64,000 nucleotides of DNA from Bacilli bacterium (lineage in GTDB: Bacteria; Bacillota_I; Bacilli_A; RFN20; CAG-826), in contig JBGULD010000005.1 of NCBI GenBank assembly GCA_045114745.1, positions 1,467 to 65,466 of the forward strand, in the 5' to 3' direction. Position 1 is the first letter of the stretch. Each line of letters opens with the position of its first letter. The notes under the pieces are model-generated. The model had not been told where the DNA came from and made no database searches. It saw only the letters and a program-made list of their open reading frames with translations. The translations under genes were made by a program, and so were the position numbers. This document shows, piece by piece, positions 35,987-45,609 of the stretch.

Positions 35987-37229
35987 TAGTCTGTCCTCTA
36001 TCGGAACTTTTGTTTTGCTCTTTTTTTCTATATCTAGTATAAACAATTATCACAATTGCCAAAGTAAAATTTATTAGTATGATTGAAGAAAAAATAATAA
36101 TGTCATCCTTGTCAAACCAACTAAATAATCCGTCCATTTTTTCGCCATTTGACGGATTTAGTTTTGCATTTTTGCACATCCCGTTCCACTTTTCTTTCAA
36201 ACTATAATATGAGTCTTTGCTTAGACCAATATATGAATTTCCATTTTTTGCATAATTAGAATAATCTAGTATTTTTGTATTAATCATTTCTTCTTCCGTG
36301 GCCTGTTTTTGAGCAATCCAGGTATTGAAAATGTTATAAACTGTAGATTGGACCGAACAATTTGATTTAGCTGCGCCAAAAGTAAGATATGCTTCTAAAA
36401 CATAAGACAAAAGATTTGCTGTTGCGCCATTTATGGTTTTGTTGACAACGCTAAAAGAATCATCTAAAGAAGTTGTTCCAACTTCATAACAAATGCCATA
36501 AGTCAATGAATCAATGGGAGATTCTTGATAAATTGTAAAATTATGATCAGCACAACTTGAAAGCCTTAAAAAGCTAATGGAGATTACTTCATATGGAATG
36601 TCAGCGTAATAGAGATTAAAAAGTGAGTGAGTGTTCTCAAACCGAACCATCTCTGTCATTTGCCATTGTCCATTAAAAAAGAATCCAATCGCGTTTTGAC
36701 ACGGCGAATTCCAATTATCGCTTGAATAAAATAATTCATTATTATTAGAAAGCCAAATTCTTTGCGTTTGATAAGTTGAACCTTTTTGTTCGTATTTTGT
36801 TCCAAAAAAACCAAATCCGCCCAGACTTGCATTTTGTTTATCGTTGTTACCCAAAATACTAATGTAATTGTAATTTTGCTTAGATAAATTATTGCCTCCG
36901 CTCATCCAAATGGTCTTATATTCAGGTTCATCATGTCCGCTCAAAAATAACTCAAAACCATAATCAGGATTTTCAAAAACCTCAATTGGAATCGGCTTCG
37001 AAACAGAAAATATATCATTTCCTACATTAATCATTTCGATATTTATATCTTGCCCATTGTTATAATGAAAAATCGAATTAATCCCAAGCGAACGAAATTG
37101 CTCATTTAAAGAGAAGTCAAAATAAATGGTTTTGCTTTCAATTTTTTCTTCTTTTGTTGTTGGAAAAAAAATTGAGCCAGCAAAACAAAGCGATTGTAAT
37201 AAAGAAAGAAACAAACAAATATTAAACAT
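35979..37229 (-). CDS. Hypothetical exported protein with a C-terminal membrane anchor, embedded in the polysaccharide locus
   Basis: The N-terminal signal-like segment is MFNICLFLSLLQSLCFAGS and the C-terminal TM is IIIFSSIILINFTLAIVIIVY followed by RYRKK. The body is Asn/Ser/Tyr-rich. I recognise no family. Confidence 0.5.
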   Translation of the reverse strand: MFNICLFLSLLQSLCFAGSIFFPTTKEEKIESKTIYFDFSLNEQFRSLGINSIFHYNNGQDINIEMINVGNDIFSVSKPIPIEVFENPDYGFELFLSGHDEPEYKTIWMSGGNNLSKQNYNYISILGNNDKQNASLGGFGFFGTKYEQKGSTYQTQRIWLSNNNELFYSSDNWNSPCQNAIGFFFNGQWQMTEMVRFENTHSLFNLYYADIPYEVISISFLRLSSCADHNFTIYQESPIDSLTYGICYEVGTTSLDDSFSVVNKTINGATANLLSYVLEAYLTFGAAKSNCSVQSTVYNIFNTWIAQKQATEEEMINTKILDYSNYAKNGNSYIGLSKDSYYSLKEKWNGMCKNAKLNPSNGEKMDGLFSWFDKDDIIIFSSIILINFTLAIVIIVYTRYRKKEQNKSSDRGQTND

Positions 37230-37245
37230 ATAAAAAAGATTGATA

Positions 37246-37875
37246 TTATTTTAAAATAATAGTTTTTGTAAATGGCAAACTATTATATTCAAGAAATTTA
37301 ATAGAATTATAGATATCGTTTTTAGTTGTAACATTTTGTTGACAAATCAAAAAAATGTAATCAATTTTTTCTGCTAGCAAAGCAATTTCCTTATGTTCTT
37401 TTATGGAAGGAAAAATAATTATTAAATTGTCAGCAGAGCGCGAATGCTCATCAATTATTTTTTGAAGGCCACCATCTTTAAAAGTCTTACCTGGATAAAT
37501 ATCTTTTTTTATTTCAATAAATCTTGATAATTTATCATTGTTTGGAGATGTAGATAGATATCCCGGCATACCAGACGATTCTTTTCCGGCGTTATTATTT
37601 TTTGAAATGATGCTTAAAAGACATGGGTTATAAAGATTTGCATCAATTACATATGCATTATTCCCATTGATTGAATATGTATCATAAAAAGCTTTGGCGA
37701 AAGACGCCGATAAATAATCGTCATCAACAGAAACAATAGCAATGACTTTAGATTGTGTTTCCAAAAACAAATCGTTTTGTAATTTTAATAATTTTTTATA
37801 TATTTTTGAATCGTTGCTAACGTTTAATAAATTATTTATTATTGCCTGTCTTTTGCGATTAGAAGTAATAAACAT
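37246..37875 (-). CDS. CpsD/CapB-like BY-kinase homologue lacking Walker A, A' and B motifs and the Tyr tail (predicted pseudokinase)
   Basis: KVIAIVSVDDDYLSASFAKAF...AYVIDANLYNP aligns with KVIxxTSxxPGEGKSTxxxNLA...LLIDxDxR of CpsD-type kinases. The GEGKS/T motif is replaced by DDYLSA, DxD by DAN, and the DTAP-type Walker B by IIFPS. There is no C-terminal tyrosine cluster. It lies directly downstream of the Wzz-like gene. Confidence 0.6.
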   Translation of the reverse strand: MFITSNRKRQAIINNLLNVSNDSKIYKKLLKLQNDLFLETQSKVIAIVSVDDDYLSASFAKAFYDTYSINGNNAYVIDANLYNPCLLSIISKNNNAGKESSGMPGYLSTSPNNDKLSRFIEIKKDIYPGKTFKDGGLQKIIDEHSRSADNLIIIFPSIKEHKEIALLAEKIDYIFLICQQNVTTKNDIYNSIKFLEYNSLPFTKTIILK

Positions 37876-37878
37876 ATC

Positions 37879-38556
37879 TCATCCACCTTTTGTAACATCC
37901 AAAACTTCTGAATTATAACCATAGAACAAAAGGTCTTTGTCATTATAAATCTTGTCGGAATAAACTTCATAAACAAAAGAGGCGGCAAAAGAAATAACCA
38001 GCCCAACAAACAAAGAGACCAAAACAATTTTTGTATCGCTGGTATTCTTATGCGGAACACTAGGTGGTGTCGTGATGGAGAGGGCGGAAAATTCCTTTGA
38101 AGTTGCCGGATCGTTTCTCAAGGCATCAACTGTGATATTGGCTAAGACAGAAAGAACGCTTTGAGTGCATCCTTTATCAGAAGATTGAAAATAAAAAGTT
38201 ACAGAAATAGAGTTTGTACCTAATGGGGCGAACGTAATACCAGAATATATTTCATCAAGAGTTATTTCATTTCCGTTGCTATGAGAAATAGATTCTTTTT
38301 TTAATTGCTCTGCGGTTTTGTTGATCGTTCCAGTGCTTTTTACATAACTTTGAATTGTTTCATAATTAGTTATGCTCATGATTGACGAACTTTTTGAAAT
38401 CGTAACAGAACTTTGGAATGTTTTTGGTAATACAAAAAAAGATACAATTAAAGAAACCCCTAAAATAGGAAGAAAAATCAATAGTATTAATTTGAATCGA
38501 CGAACGATTGTTAGATAGATTGTTCTAAAACCTATATTTCTTTCATAGTATTCCAT
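37879..38556 (-). CDS. Wzz/CpsC-like chain-length-determinant (polysaccharide co-polymerase) membrane protein
   Basis: The 225-aa protein has an N-terminal TM (LILLIFLPILGVSLIVSFFVL) and a C-terminal TM (IVLVSLFVGLVISFAASFVY) flanking an extracytoplasmic loop. It is paired with the CpsD-like gene. Confidence 0.7.
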   Translation of the reverse strand: MEYYERNIGFRTIYLTIVRRFKLILLIFLPILGVSLIVSFFVLPKTFQSSVTISKSSSIMSITNYETIQSYVKSTGTINKTAEQLKKESISHSNGNEITLDEIYSGITFAPLGTNSISVTFYFQSSDKGCTQSVLSVLANITVDALRNDPATSKEFSALSITTPPSVPHKNTSDTKIVLVSLFVGLVISFAASFVYEVYSDKIYNDKDLLFYGYNSEVLDVTKGG

Positions 38557-38648
38557 TAGTATCTTAATTATACTAATTTTTGTAAAAAATACTAGTTAAC
38601 TCTTTAAGTACATTTTGAAAGTGCGAAACCAACAAAATATAATTGGTT

Positions 38649-39734
38649 TTAAATACTGTGGTTTTCAAAAAAACCGCTCATTGATATTGTATCAAAATTG
38701 GAAAGAGGCAATTTGATTGGTCTACCAATCAATTGACTCTTATAAATCGCAAGAACAATTTCTAATGCATTTTTCCCAGCATGACCATCTATATATGGTG
38801 AATGATTATTTTTAATTGAGTCAATCATATCTCGATAAACCATTGTATGCCCATTTCCATAGACGTTAGATGTTTCTTCTTTGACTTTTTTGTTCTCTTC
38901 ATCCTCTTTAGATTGTTGTTTAAACTCCCAAATATCTATGTTGTTGCAAGAAGTGCCGCCTAATTTGACCGTTCCATTTTCACCGAAAATATACAAAGTT
39001 TCTTCAAGATTTTTGGGATATACATTTGTTGTTCCCTCTATTGTTCCTATAGATCCATTCTTAAATTTAATAACTGCCATCCCAATGTCTTCGCACTCCA
39101 AATAGTCATGAAAGCGATTCCTAATGGCTCCATAAACTTCTTCTACTTCATCACCCATCATCCATCTTAAAAGGTCTATTCCATGAATACATTGGTTCAT
39201 CAAAGCACCACCGTCACTTTTCCATTTTCCTCGCCAACTAGCTTGATCATAGTAGGACTTACCTCTGTTCCATCTAATATGGATCGATCCATGGGAAAGC
39301 TTGCCAAATTTATTTTCTTCAATTGCCTGTCTAACTTTTTGAACCGCAATGTTGAATCTATTTTGGTGACATACGCATAATTTAACATTATGCTCTTCCG
39401 CCATTTTTATCATTTTATCTGCAGCTTCAATAGACATGGCCATTGGTTTTTCAACAATTACATGTATATTATTTTGCAAAAAGAATAAGGCGATTTCTGC
39501 ATGGGATTCACTGTCAGTTGCTATAGCAACAAAATCTAAATTATGGTTTTCATACAACATTTTTTTATAGTCAGTATATTTTTTTATCGATAGTTTTAAA
39601 TCAGCTCTTGATAAGAGTTCATCTGTTTTTTTAATATCAAGATCGCATAGCGCGATTAAATTTAAATTGTTATTTATTATTGCTCGTAAATGGTTTATTG
39701 CAATTCTGCCACATCCAATAATAGCTACATTCAT
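38649..39734 (-). CDS. Gfo/Idh/MocA-family NAD-dependent sugar-nucleotide oxidoreductase (WbpB-like)
   Basis: MNVAIIGCGRIAINH provides the Rossmann motif and EKPMA is present. It is overlap-coupled to a DegT aminotransferase, as in WbpB/WbpE pairs. Confidence 0.75.
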   Translation of the reverse strand: MNVAIIGCGRIAINHLRAIINNNLNLIALCDLDIKKTDELLSRADLKLSIKKYTDYKKMLYENHNLDFVAIATDSESHAEIALFFLQNNIHVIVEKPMAMSIEAADKMIKMAEEHNVKLCVCHQNRFNIAVQKVRQAIEENKFGKLSHGSIHIRWNRGKSYYDQASWRGKWKSDGGALMNQCIHGIDLLRWMMGDEVEEVYGAIRNRFHDYLECEDIGMAVIKFKNGSIGTIEGTTNVYPKNLEETLYIFGENGTVKLGGTSCNNIDIWEFKQQSKEDEENKKVKEETSNVYGNGHTMVYRDMIDSIKNNHSPYIDGHAGKNALEIVLAIYKSQLIGRPIKLPLSNFDTISMSGFFENHSI

Positions 39735-40918
39735 TTCACTACCTCCATTGCTTCAAATAGTTTTTGAACAATATATTCTTTTTCTTCTTCGAACAGCTCG
39801 GGAAAAACCGGAATTGCAAATGTAGTTTTTGCAAGTTCTTCAGTTACCGGTAAATCACCTGGTTTGTATTTCAAATACGAAAATGCGCCCTGTAAATGAA
39901 GTGGAATTGGGTAATACACTCCACTTCCAACACCATTATCGTTTAGATATTTAATGATCGCATCGGCTTTTTTGTGTTTGAGAGCAAAAATATAATACGA
40001 ATGGAAACAATTTTCACCGACAAATGGTGTTATGTATTCACTATTTTTAAGAGCGTTGTAATAATAATTTGCATTATTTCTTCTTCTCTCAATAAATGAA
40101 TCTATATATCTGATTTTTTCTTTAAGAATTGCTGCTTGAATGGCATCCAATCTGGAATTATAACCAATTAAATAGTTGTAGTATTTTGTTTCGCCAATTG
40201 CAATATTTTTAGGTAGTTCCATTCCCTTTGAAGAAAGCTGGTGATTAAAAGTTAAGAGGCCGTCTCTTCCAGATCCATGGACTCTAAATGCACGACATGC
40301 TTTTGCTAAGGTTTCATCATCCGTTAAAATCATGCCCCCATCACCATCGCATCCCAAATTCTTTGTAGGAAAGAAAGAAAAACACGATATATCCCCGAGA
40401 ATATTCTTTCTTTCGCCACAATATTCTGTTCCAGTTGCTTGCGCGCAATCGGCAATAAGATACAAATTATGTTTTTTACATATTTTTTTAATTGAGTCCA
40501 TCTCGCAGCAATTACCATAGAAATGGACAATCAATACAGCCTTTGTTCTTGAAGTAATTGCGTTTTCAATGAGTCTGTGGTCAATGCAATATGTTTTTTT
40601 ATCAACGTCGACAAAAACAGGAGTTGCACCAACCGATGCTATACTTTCAGCCGTTGCAAAGAAAGTCCACGCAACCGTAATTACTTCATCACCACCGCCT
40701 ATATTAAGCGCCCTCAATGCGATAATCAACGCATCAGTCCCGTTTCCACACGAAATTCCGAACTTTGCCCCTTCGTATTTCGCAAATTCTAATTCAAAGT
40801 CTTCTACTTCTTTTCCGCCAATATAGTTGCCACTTCTCAAAACGCGCATCGCTGCTTGTTCATAATCATCTTTATGTTCAAGATGTTGCCTTTCAATGTT
40901 CATCAATTTAATGTTCAT
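39731..40918 (-). CDS. DegT/DnrJ/EryC1/StrS-family sugar aminotransferase (WbpE-like)
   Basis: The 395-aa ORF has FFPTKNLG (PLP lysine region) and a CGNGTDAL motif. Confidence 0.85.
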   Translation of the reverse strand: MNIKLMNIERQHLEHKDDYEQAAMRVLRSGNYIGGKEVEDFELEFAKYEGAKFGISCGNGTDALIIALRALNIGGGDEVITVAWTFFATAESIASVGATPVFVDVDKKTYCIDHRLIENAITSRTKAVLIVHFYGNCCEMDSIKKICKKHNLYLIADCAQATGTEYCGERKNILGDISCFSFFPTKNLGCDGDGGMILTDDETLAKACRAFRVHGSGRDGLLTFNHQLSSKGMELPKNIAIGETKYYNYLIGYNSRLDAIQAAILKEKIRYIDSFIERRRNNANYYYNALKNSEYITPFVGENCFHSYYIFALKHKKADAIIKYLNDNGVGSGVYYPIPLHLQGAFSYLKYKPGDLPVTEELAKTTFAIPVFPELFEEEKEYIVQKLFEAMEVVK

Positions 40919-42054
40919 ACTCTTTTTCTCTCTTTTATAAAACTATTATAGTCATCATTAATTCTTGAAAACACCTTAAACATATCGCACGTTTCTTCTG
41001 CAAAACGTCTGATTTCATTAATGACATCCTCCTTGTTTCTTTTTAAATAAACCGAATCATAAAAAGTAATTAGTTCATCAATATTAAATGATTCTTTCAG
41101 TTCATAGAAAAAGAATTTTGGGTTGTCATAAAAAACATCAAGCATTGTATCCGAGATTACAGGAATTCCTTTTGCTAGGTATTCTTTGCTTTTTAAGGTG
41201 CTACTACAGGTGATTCCGAGCTCTTTATTTGATAGCGAGGAGATGCCTAATTCGCACTCATTAAAAACGGCATCTAATTCTTCACCATACAATCTCCCAT
41301 AAAAAATAATATTATTAATACTTAATTCTTTGACAGTTTTAATATAATCTTGAAGCCTTGGGCCACTTCCTACTATATGAAAACAAACATCACGGGTTTT
41401 GTCATTTGACTCACTATAATAACGAATGGTGGCATCAATAATTTTGTCAACACCATGATAATCTTGAAGGGAAGCAACAAGCAACACATTAATACGATTC
41501 GAATAAGTCGGTTTTCTTGGAACAATACTCTTAACATTTGTGCCATTTGTTATTATTAAAGTATCAATACCAAATACTTTTTTCTCCATACAATCGATGA
41601 CAATCTTATAAACATAATTATGGAGATATTTATTGAAAAAGTATTTGATGTTGTTTTTTAAATTATTTTTTGGAACAAAAAAAGTTGGAATTTCCAAATA
41701 TAAACAATTCGATTTTTTAGATAAAAAGGTCAGTGCTTTAAAACCAAAAAAATCAAGAGCGCCATGCCTTATGTAAATAAAATCATACGACAATTTATTT
41801 TTTTTAATGAAACGAGCACACGCGACAAGTGTTCGATTATAATAACGAAAACCGCTTGAAATAAATTTGCAAAGATAATAACTTTTGGAATCATGCTGCA
41901 TAAAAACATCATGCCCATCAGTATAAATATAATCCACATCATTGCCACAAAAACGAAGACACTCAATGTGAGAATGTATTTTTTTCATAACACCATCGCT
42001 TTTTAACATTATTTCGGTGCTATTATAAACAGAAATATAAAGAACTTTTGACAT
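40915..42054 (-). CDS. Glycosyltransferase (GT-B fold, GT4-like)
   Basis: The 379-aa ORF has a C-terminal half with HIVGSGP, a STLKSKEYLAKGIPVIS-type nucleotide-sugar-binding region, and operon context. Confidence 0.6.
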   Translation of the reverse strand: MSKVLYISVYNSTEIMLKSDGVMKKIHSHIECLRFCGNDVDYIYTDGHDVFMQHDSKSYYLCKFISSGFRYYNRTLVACARFIKKNKLSYDFIYIRHGALDFFGFKALTFLSKKSNCLYLEIPTFFVPKNNLKNNIKYFFNKYLHNYVYKIVIDCMEKKVFGIDTLIITNGTNVKSIVPRKPTYSNRINVLLVASLQDYHGVDKIIDATIRYYSESNDKTRDVCFHIVGSGPRLQDYIKTVKELSINNIIFYGRLYGEELDAVFNECELGISSLSNKELGITCSSTLKSKEYLAKGIPVISDTMLDVFYDNPKFFFYELKESFNIDELITFYDSVYLKRNKEDVINEIRRFAEETCDMFKVFSRINDDYNSFIKERKRV

Positions 42055-42056
42055 TT

Positions 42057-43487
42057 TTATTCCTCGCTTTTCTTTAAAGAAACGAATAATTTAATAATTT
42101 TCTTACTGAATATTCCAAGAAGAATTAATACAAGTAATATTATGCCGTATCTAATATAACGATACGCATATAAATAACTGCTAAAAATAGAAACACACAA
42201 AACAACTGATGACAAAACGAGGATGAATTTCCAATTATAAATGTCTTCTTTAATAGCTGTTCTCATTGCCAAATAGTCAATCAAAGCTTGCACTAAATAA
42301 CATCCAAGAGTTGTATATCCAGCAGCAATATAACCAAATCGTCTGATAAATATAAAATTTAAAACTATATTCAAGGCCGCGGCCGTTACGCTTCCAAACA
42401 TTACACTTTTTGTTCTTTTGTAATAATATAAAATATTTGAATAAAGAAAGTATTGGACTTGAAAAAAGACACCGCCAACAATAGGAGGAATAACATAAAC
42501 AGCTTCCTCATATCCTTTGCTTCCCATAATCATCACCGCTTCAGGGGCTAATAATATTACAATAAAACATCCAACTGCAAAAACCAGCAAAACAGGAATA
42601 GAAACTTTTTTGATTGAGTCGAATTGCTGCTCTTTAAGCTTTTGAAAAGTATACGGCAAGAAAGAACTATCGACCGCACTCCAAATAATTAAAGCAATTG
42701 ATGCTATTGAATATGCAACACTATAATATGCCGTTGCCTCATCGGAAATTAAGTAAGAAATCATTATTTTATCAGAACTATTTAATAAATAAGATGATAG
42801 GTAGTGAGGAATGAGGGGCAAATTAAACAAAAGTACGCTTTTCCAATAATGAACATTAATCTTAAATTTTGAACTAACCGCCAAATAAATATAAAAACCT
42901 ATATGGATAGCGATTAAAACAATTTCTGCACCAAAAATTCTATAATAAAGATTCCCATCTCCCGTTTTGTTTAAAACAATTAAAATGGCAGGAACTGTTA
43001 ATGATAAAAGGGCTGATATGCATGACCAAAAAAATGTCCATTTATATTTATACTCAAATCTTTGTCTTACCAACCAAAAATTATATGCTGGCTGGAACAA
43101 AAAAGATACCATCATTAATATTAAAAATATTAAATCAATATTAAGAAAACTATTGATGATTGGATACAAACAAAAAAGGACCGCGGAAAAAGAAATAGTT
43201 ATAATGTTACTTAAAATTAACAAAGAAAACGAAAACTCATTTCTTTTTTTAGGGTTTTCCAAAAGACCTACATTAAAAACACCGTATGATAGGCAAAACA
43301 TTGCGATTATCCCAAAGATTTGTGACCATGTGTAATATACGCTGACTTTGCCGAATTCTTCCGCCGTCATCAATCTTGTGAAAATGGGCGTGGCAATGAA
43401 AGAAATGCCTTTAGTAACTAAACTTGCGATAAAAAATGCAAGAGTAGCTTTAACGCCTTTATGTAAATGAATCGCTTTTTTTGCCAT
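42057..43487 (-). CDS. wzx: Wzx-type oligosaccharide flippase (polysaccharide biosynthesis protein, MOP superfamily)
   Basis: The 476-aa protein has about 12-14 TM segments and the typical N-terminus KGVKATLAFFIASLVTKGISFIATPIFTRLM. Confidence 0.8.
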   Translation of the reverse strand: MAKKAIHLHKGVKATLAFFIASLVTKGISFIATPIFTRLMTAEEFGKVSVYYTWSQIFGIIAMFCLSYGVFNVGLLENPKKRNEFSFSLLILSNIITISFSAVLFCLYPIINSFLNIDLIFLILMMVSFLFQPAYNFWLVRQRFEYKYKWTFFWSCISALLSLTVPAILIVLNKTGDGNLYYRIFGAEIVLIAIHIGFYIYLAVSSKFKINVHYWKSVLLFNLPLIPHYLSSYLLNSSDKIMISYLISDEATAYYSVAYSIASIALIIWSAVDSSFLPYTFQKLKEQQFDSIKKVSIPVLLVFAVGCFIVILLAPEAVMIMGSKGYEEAVYVIPPIVGGVFFQVQYFLYSNILYYYKRTKSVMFGSVTAAALNIVLNFIFIRRFGYIAAGYTTLGCYLVQALIDYLAMRTAIKEDIYNWKFILVLSSVVLCVSIFSSYLYAYRYIRYGIILLVLILLGIFSKKIIKLFVSLKKSEE

Positions 43488-43510
43488 TATTAAACCACTT
43501 TCAAATTAGT

Positions 43511-44704
43511 TTATATTCGAATATAAACATATTCACACTTTTTCTCATTATTGATTCTGCTGTTAAAAATACCAACTTTGCTCATTTCTTTTAAAGAAAT
43601 GAAAGCAAATAGCCAAAAAGTAAAATAAACCCAATAATCGCCAGAAAACAGCAAAACAATAATTGAGGTTGCTAACAAATACAAATAATAGTTATTTCTT
43701 TGTTTATAAATCGATGATAGACATACGTAAATACTTGCAATCAAAAAACACAATCCAAGCAAGCCAAAATCGAGAACAACACTCAAAAATATATTATGTG
43801 TATAGCCTTCTAAAGCGTGCGTCGATGAATAAGTACCAATCCCTATTCCAAATATAAAATCAAATGGTGAGTATTCATACAAAACCGAAAAGAAGATATT
43901 GCTTCTTCCATTGCTAATGCCAACACTGGACTTAATGAGTGAATATGTTTTTTCTATAAAAGATATTCGCCCAGGGAACGAATTATGTATCCAAATAACA
44001 ATACTCTCAAAATTTAGAACAAAAAGTAAAAAGGAAATAATGAGGATAATAAATATTATCCTAAATACCTTATTTTTTAAGTATCTACCAAAAAACAAAA
44101 ACAAGAAAATTACAAAACAAAAGACGGGCCCCCTAGAACCCTTGGCTACTAATAAAAATAGCAAAAAAGAGAAAATCAATATTTTAATAATCAGGAAAAC
44201 AATTTTTTGTTTTTCAAATAATAAAAAGAAAGAGGAAATGAGGATTGGTAATATGAGATACCCAAAAGAGAAAGAGTTATCTATATAAAACTTATTTGTA
44301 ATCAAAAAAGTTATTAACCAAGTTATTCCAACAATCAAAGAAATTCTAAAAAAAGTCGATTCTTTAAAAGTACAAAAAGAATATGCGAAAGCACAAAAAC
44401 CATAAATAATAAATGATTCAAAAACACTTTTAGTGGTATATGTATTGTTGATTAAAAAAGATAATAAAAAATACAGAAGAATAATGATAAAAAATATTGA
44501 GTGATTAAAAATATTATTTTTTTTGAAAAATAAAAGAGAAAAGACGGCACCTAATCCTAAAAGAATTTTAAATGGAATTGTAGAACTGAATAAATTTTGA
44601 CTAATCTCTAAAAAATGTTGAGAAAAAAATAGAAAAGATAACAAAATCGATCCTAGAAGGGAAGAAATATTGGTTTTGCTATAAACAAATAATGGTTTAA
44701 CCAT
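43511..44704 (-). CDS. wzy: Wzy-type polymerase / O-antigen-ligase-like membrane protein
   Basis: The 397-aa protein is highly hydrophobic and Phe/Ile/Leu-rich, with a loop (AKGSRGP) typical of the O-antigen ligase/polymerase family. It is adjacent to wzx. Confidence 0.65.
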   Translation of the reverse strand: MVKPLFVYSKTNISSLLGSILLSFLFFSQHFLEISQNLFSSTIPFKILLGLGAVFSLLFFKKNNIFNHSIFFIIILLYFLLSFLINNTYTTKSVFESFIIYGFCAFAYSFCTFKESTFFRISLIVGITWLITFLITNKFYIDNSFSFGYLILPILISSFFLLFEKQKIVFLIIKILIFSFLLFLLVAKGSRGPVFCFVIFLFLFFGRYLKNKVFRIIFIILIISFLLFVLNFESIVIWIHNSFPGRISFIEKTYSLIKSSVGISNGRSNIFFSVLYEYSPFDFIFGIGIGTYSSTHALEGYTHNIFLSVVLDFGLLGLCFLIASIYVCLSSIYKQRNNYYLYLLATSIIVLLFSGDYWVYFTFWLFAFISLKEMSKVGIFNSRINNEKKCEYVYIRI

Positions 44705-45599
44705 ATTTTTTTCTCCATCTTAAAAATAATATAAAACCAAAAGGATATAATAGTTTAACAGCAAAAAAGCCGTCACATTTTTCTATTATTTGTTTTCTTG
44801 AAAAGCCGGCAAATTTACCATAGCAAACAAATAGAAGGCTTTTTTTAATAACTATTGATAGTTTATATTTGCGTTTTTTGTCGTGATAAAAAAACATTTT
44901 TGAATTAAGCATGCCGCCAATAGGGTTGCTTATTCTCATTTTAATTCCAGATTTGGTTAACCCATCAGATAGATAATCACAATAATACAAAACTTCATTT
45001 ATATATATAGCATCAAACTCTCTAGCAATTGAATTCCACAAAAAACCTTCCCCTATAAATTTTTCTCCATTTATTTCTGGAAAAGAATATTTCAAAAAAA
45101 CTTTAGTTTTGACAATTTCAAAACAGTCGCCAGTTATTCCTTTATTTAATCTTTCGAAATGGTTTGCTTTCCATTCATTTTTTGGAAAAAACTTTGTTAC
45201 CGGTTTGTTGGATGACATTTCTCCTTTTAAAAAAGACAAAACGGCAATGGTAGGATCGGTTTTATATTTTTCCCAATATTTTAAGATAGTATCGATACAG
45301 TTATCAGGTAATAAATCATCACTATCAACTATGCAAAGATAGTCTGTTTTTAAAAACTGTTGTGAATAATTTAGAGCGGTGTGTTTCCCTCCATTTGTTT
45401 TATAAACATATTGATAGTTAACAATTCTCTTATCAAACTTTTCCTTAACGAAATCGGCTAAGTTATCTGTACTTCCATCATCAACAACAAGCCAAACAAA
45501 AGATTTGTTTGTTTGTTTAGACAAATTTAAATATAGTCTATGAAGCAATTCTTTTCTATTATAAACCGGTGTAACGATTGTTATTTTTTCATTTTCCAT
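44697..45599 (-). CDS. GT2-family glycosyltransferase
   Basis: ITIVTPVYNRKELL and VVDDGSTD at the N-terminus, plus a DSDD (DxD) motif. Confidence 0.85.
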   Translation of the reverse strand: MENEKITIVTPVYNRKELLHRLYLNLSKQTNKSFVWLVVDDGSTDNLADFVKEKFDKRIVNYQYVYKTNGGKHTALNYSQQFLKTDYLCIVDSDDLLPDNCIDTILKYWEKYKTDPTIAVLSFLKGEMSSNKPVTKFFPKNEWKANHFERLNKGITGDCFEIVKTKVFLKYSFPEINGEKFIGEGFLWNSIAREFDAIYINEVLYYCDYLSDGLTKSGIKMRISNPIGGMLNSKMFFYHDKKRKYKLSIVIKKSLLFVCYGKFAGFSRKQIIEKCDGFFAVKLLYPFGFILFLRWRKKYG

Positions 45600-45609
45600 A
45601 TATCTATAA

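Noticed and set aside
38557-38648. The 92-bp gap inside the capsule locus as a possible regulatory RNA
   Set aside because: It contains only a weak 7-bp hairpin (AAACCAA/TTGGTTT) and AT-rich promoter-like sequence. It is best read as an internal terminator/promoter boundary between two transcription units, and no conserved structure is recognisable.
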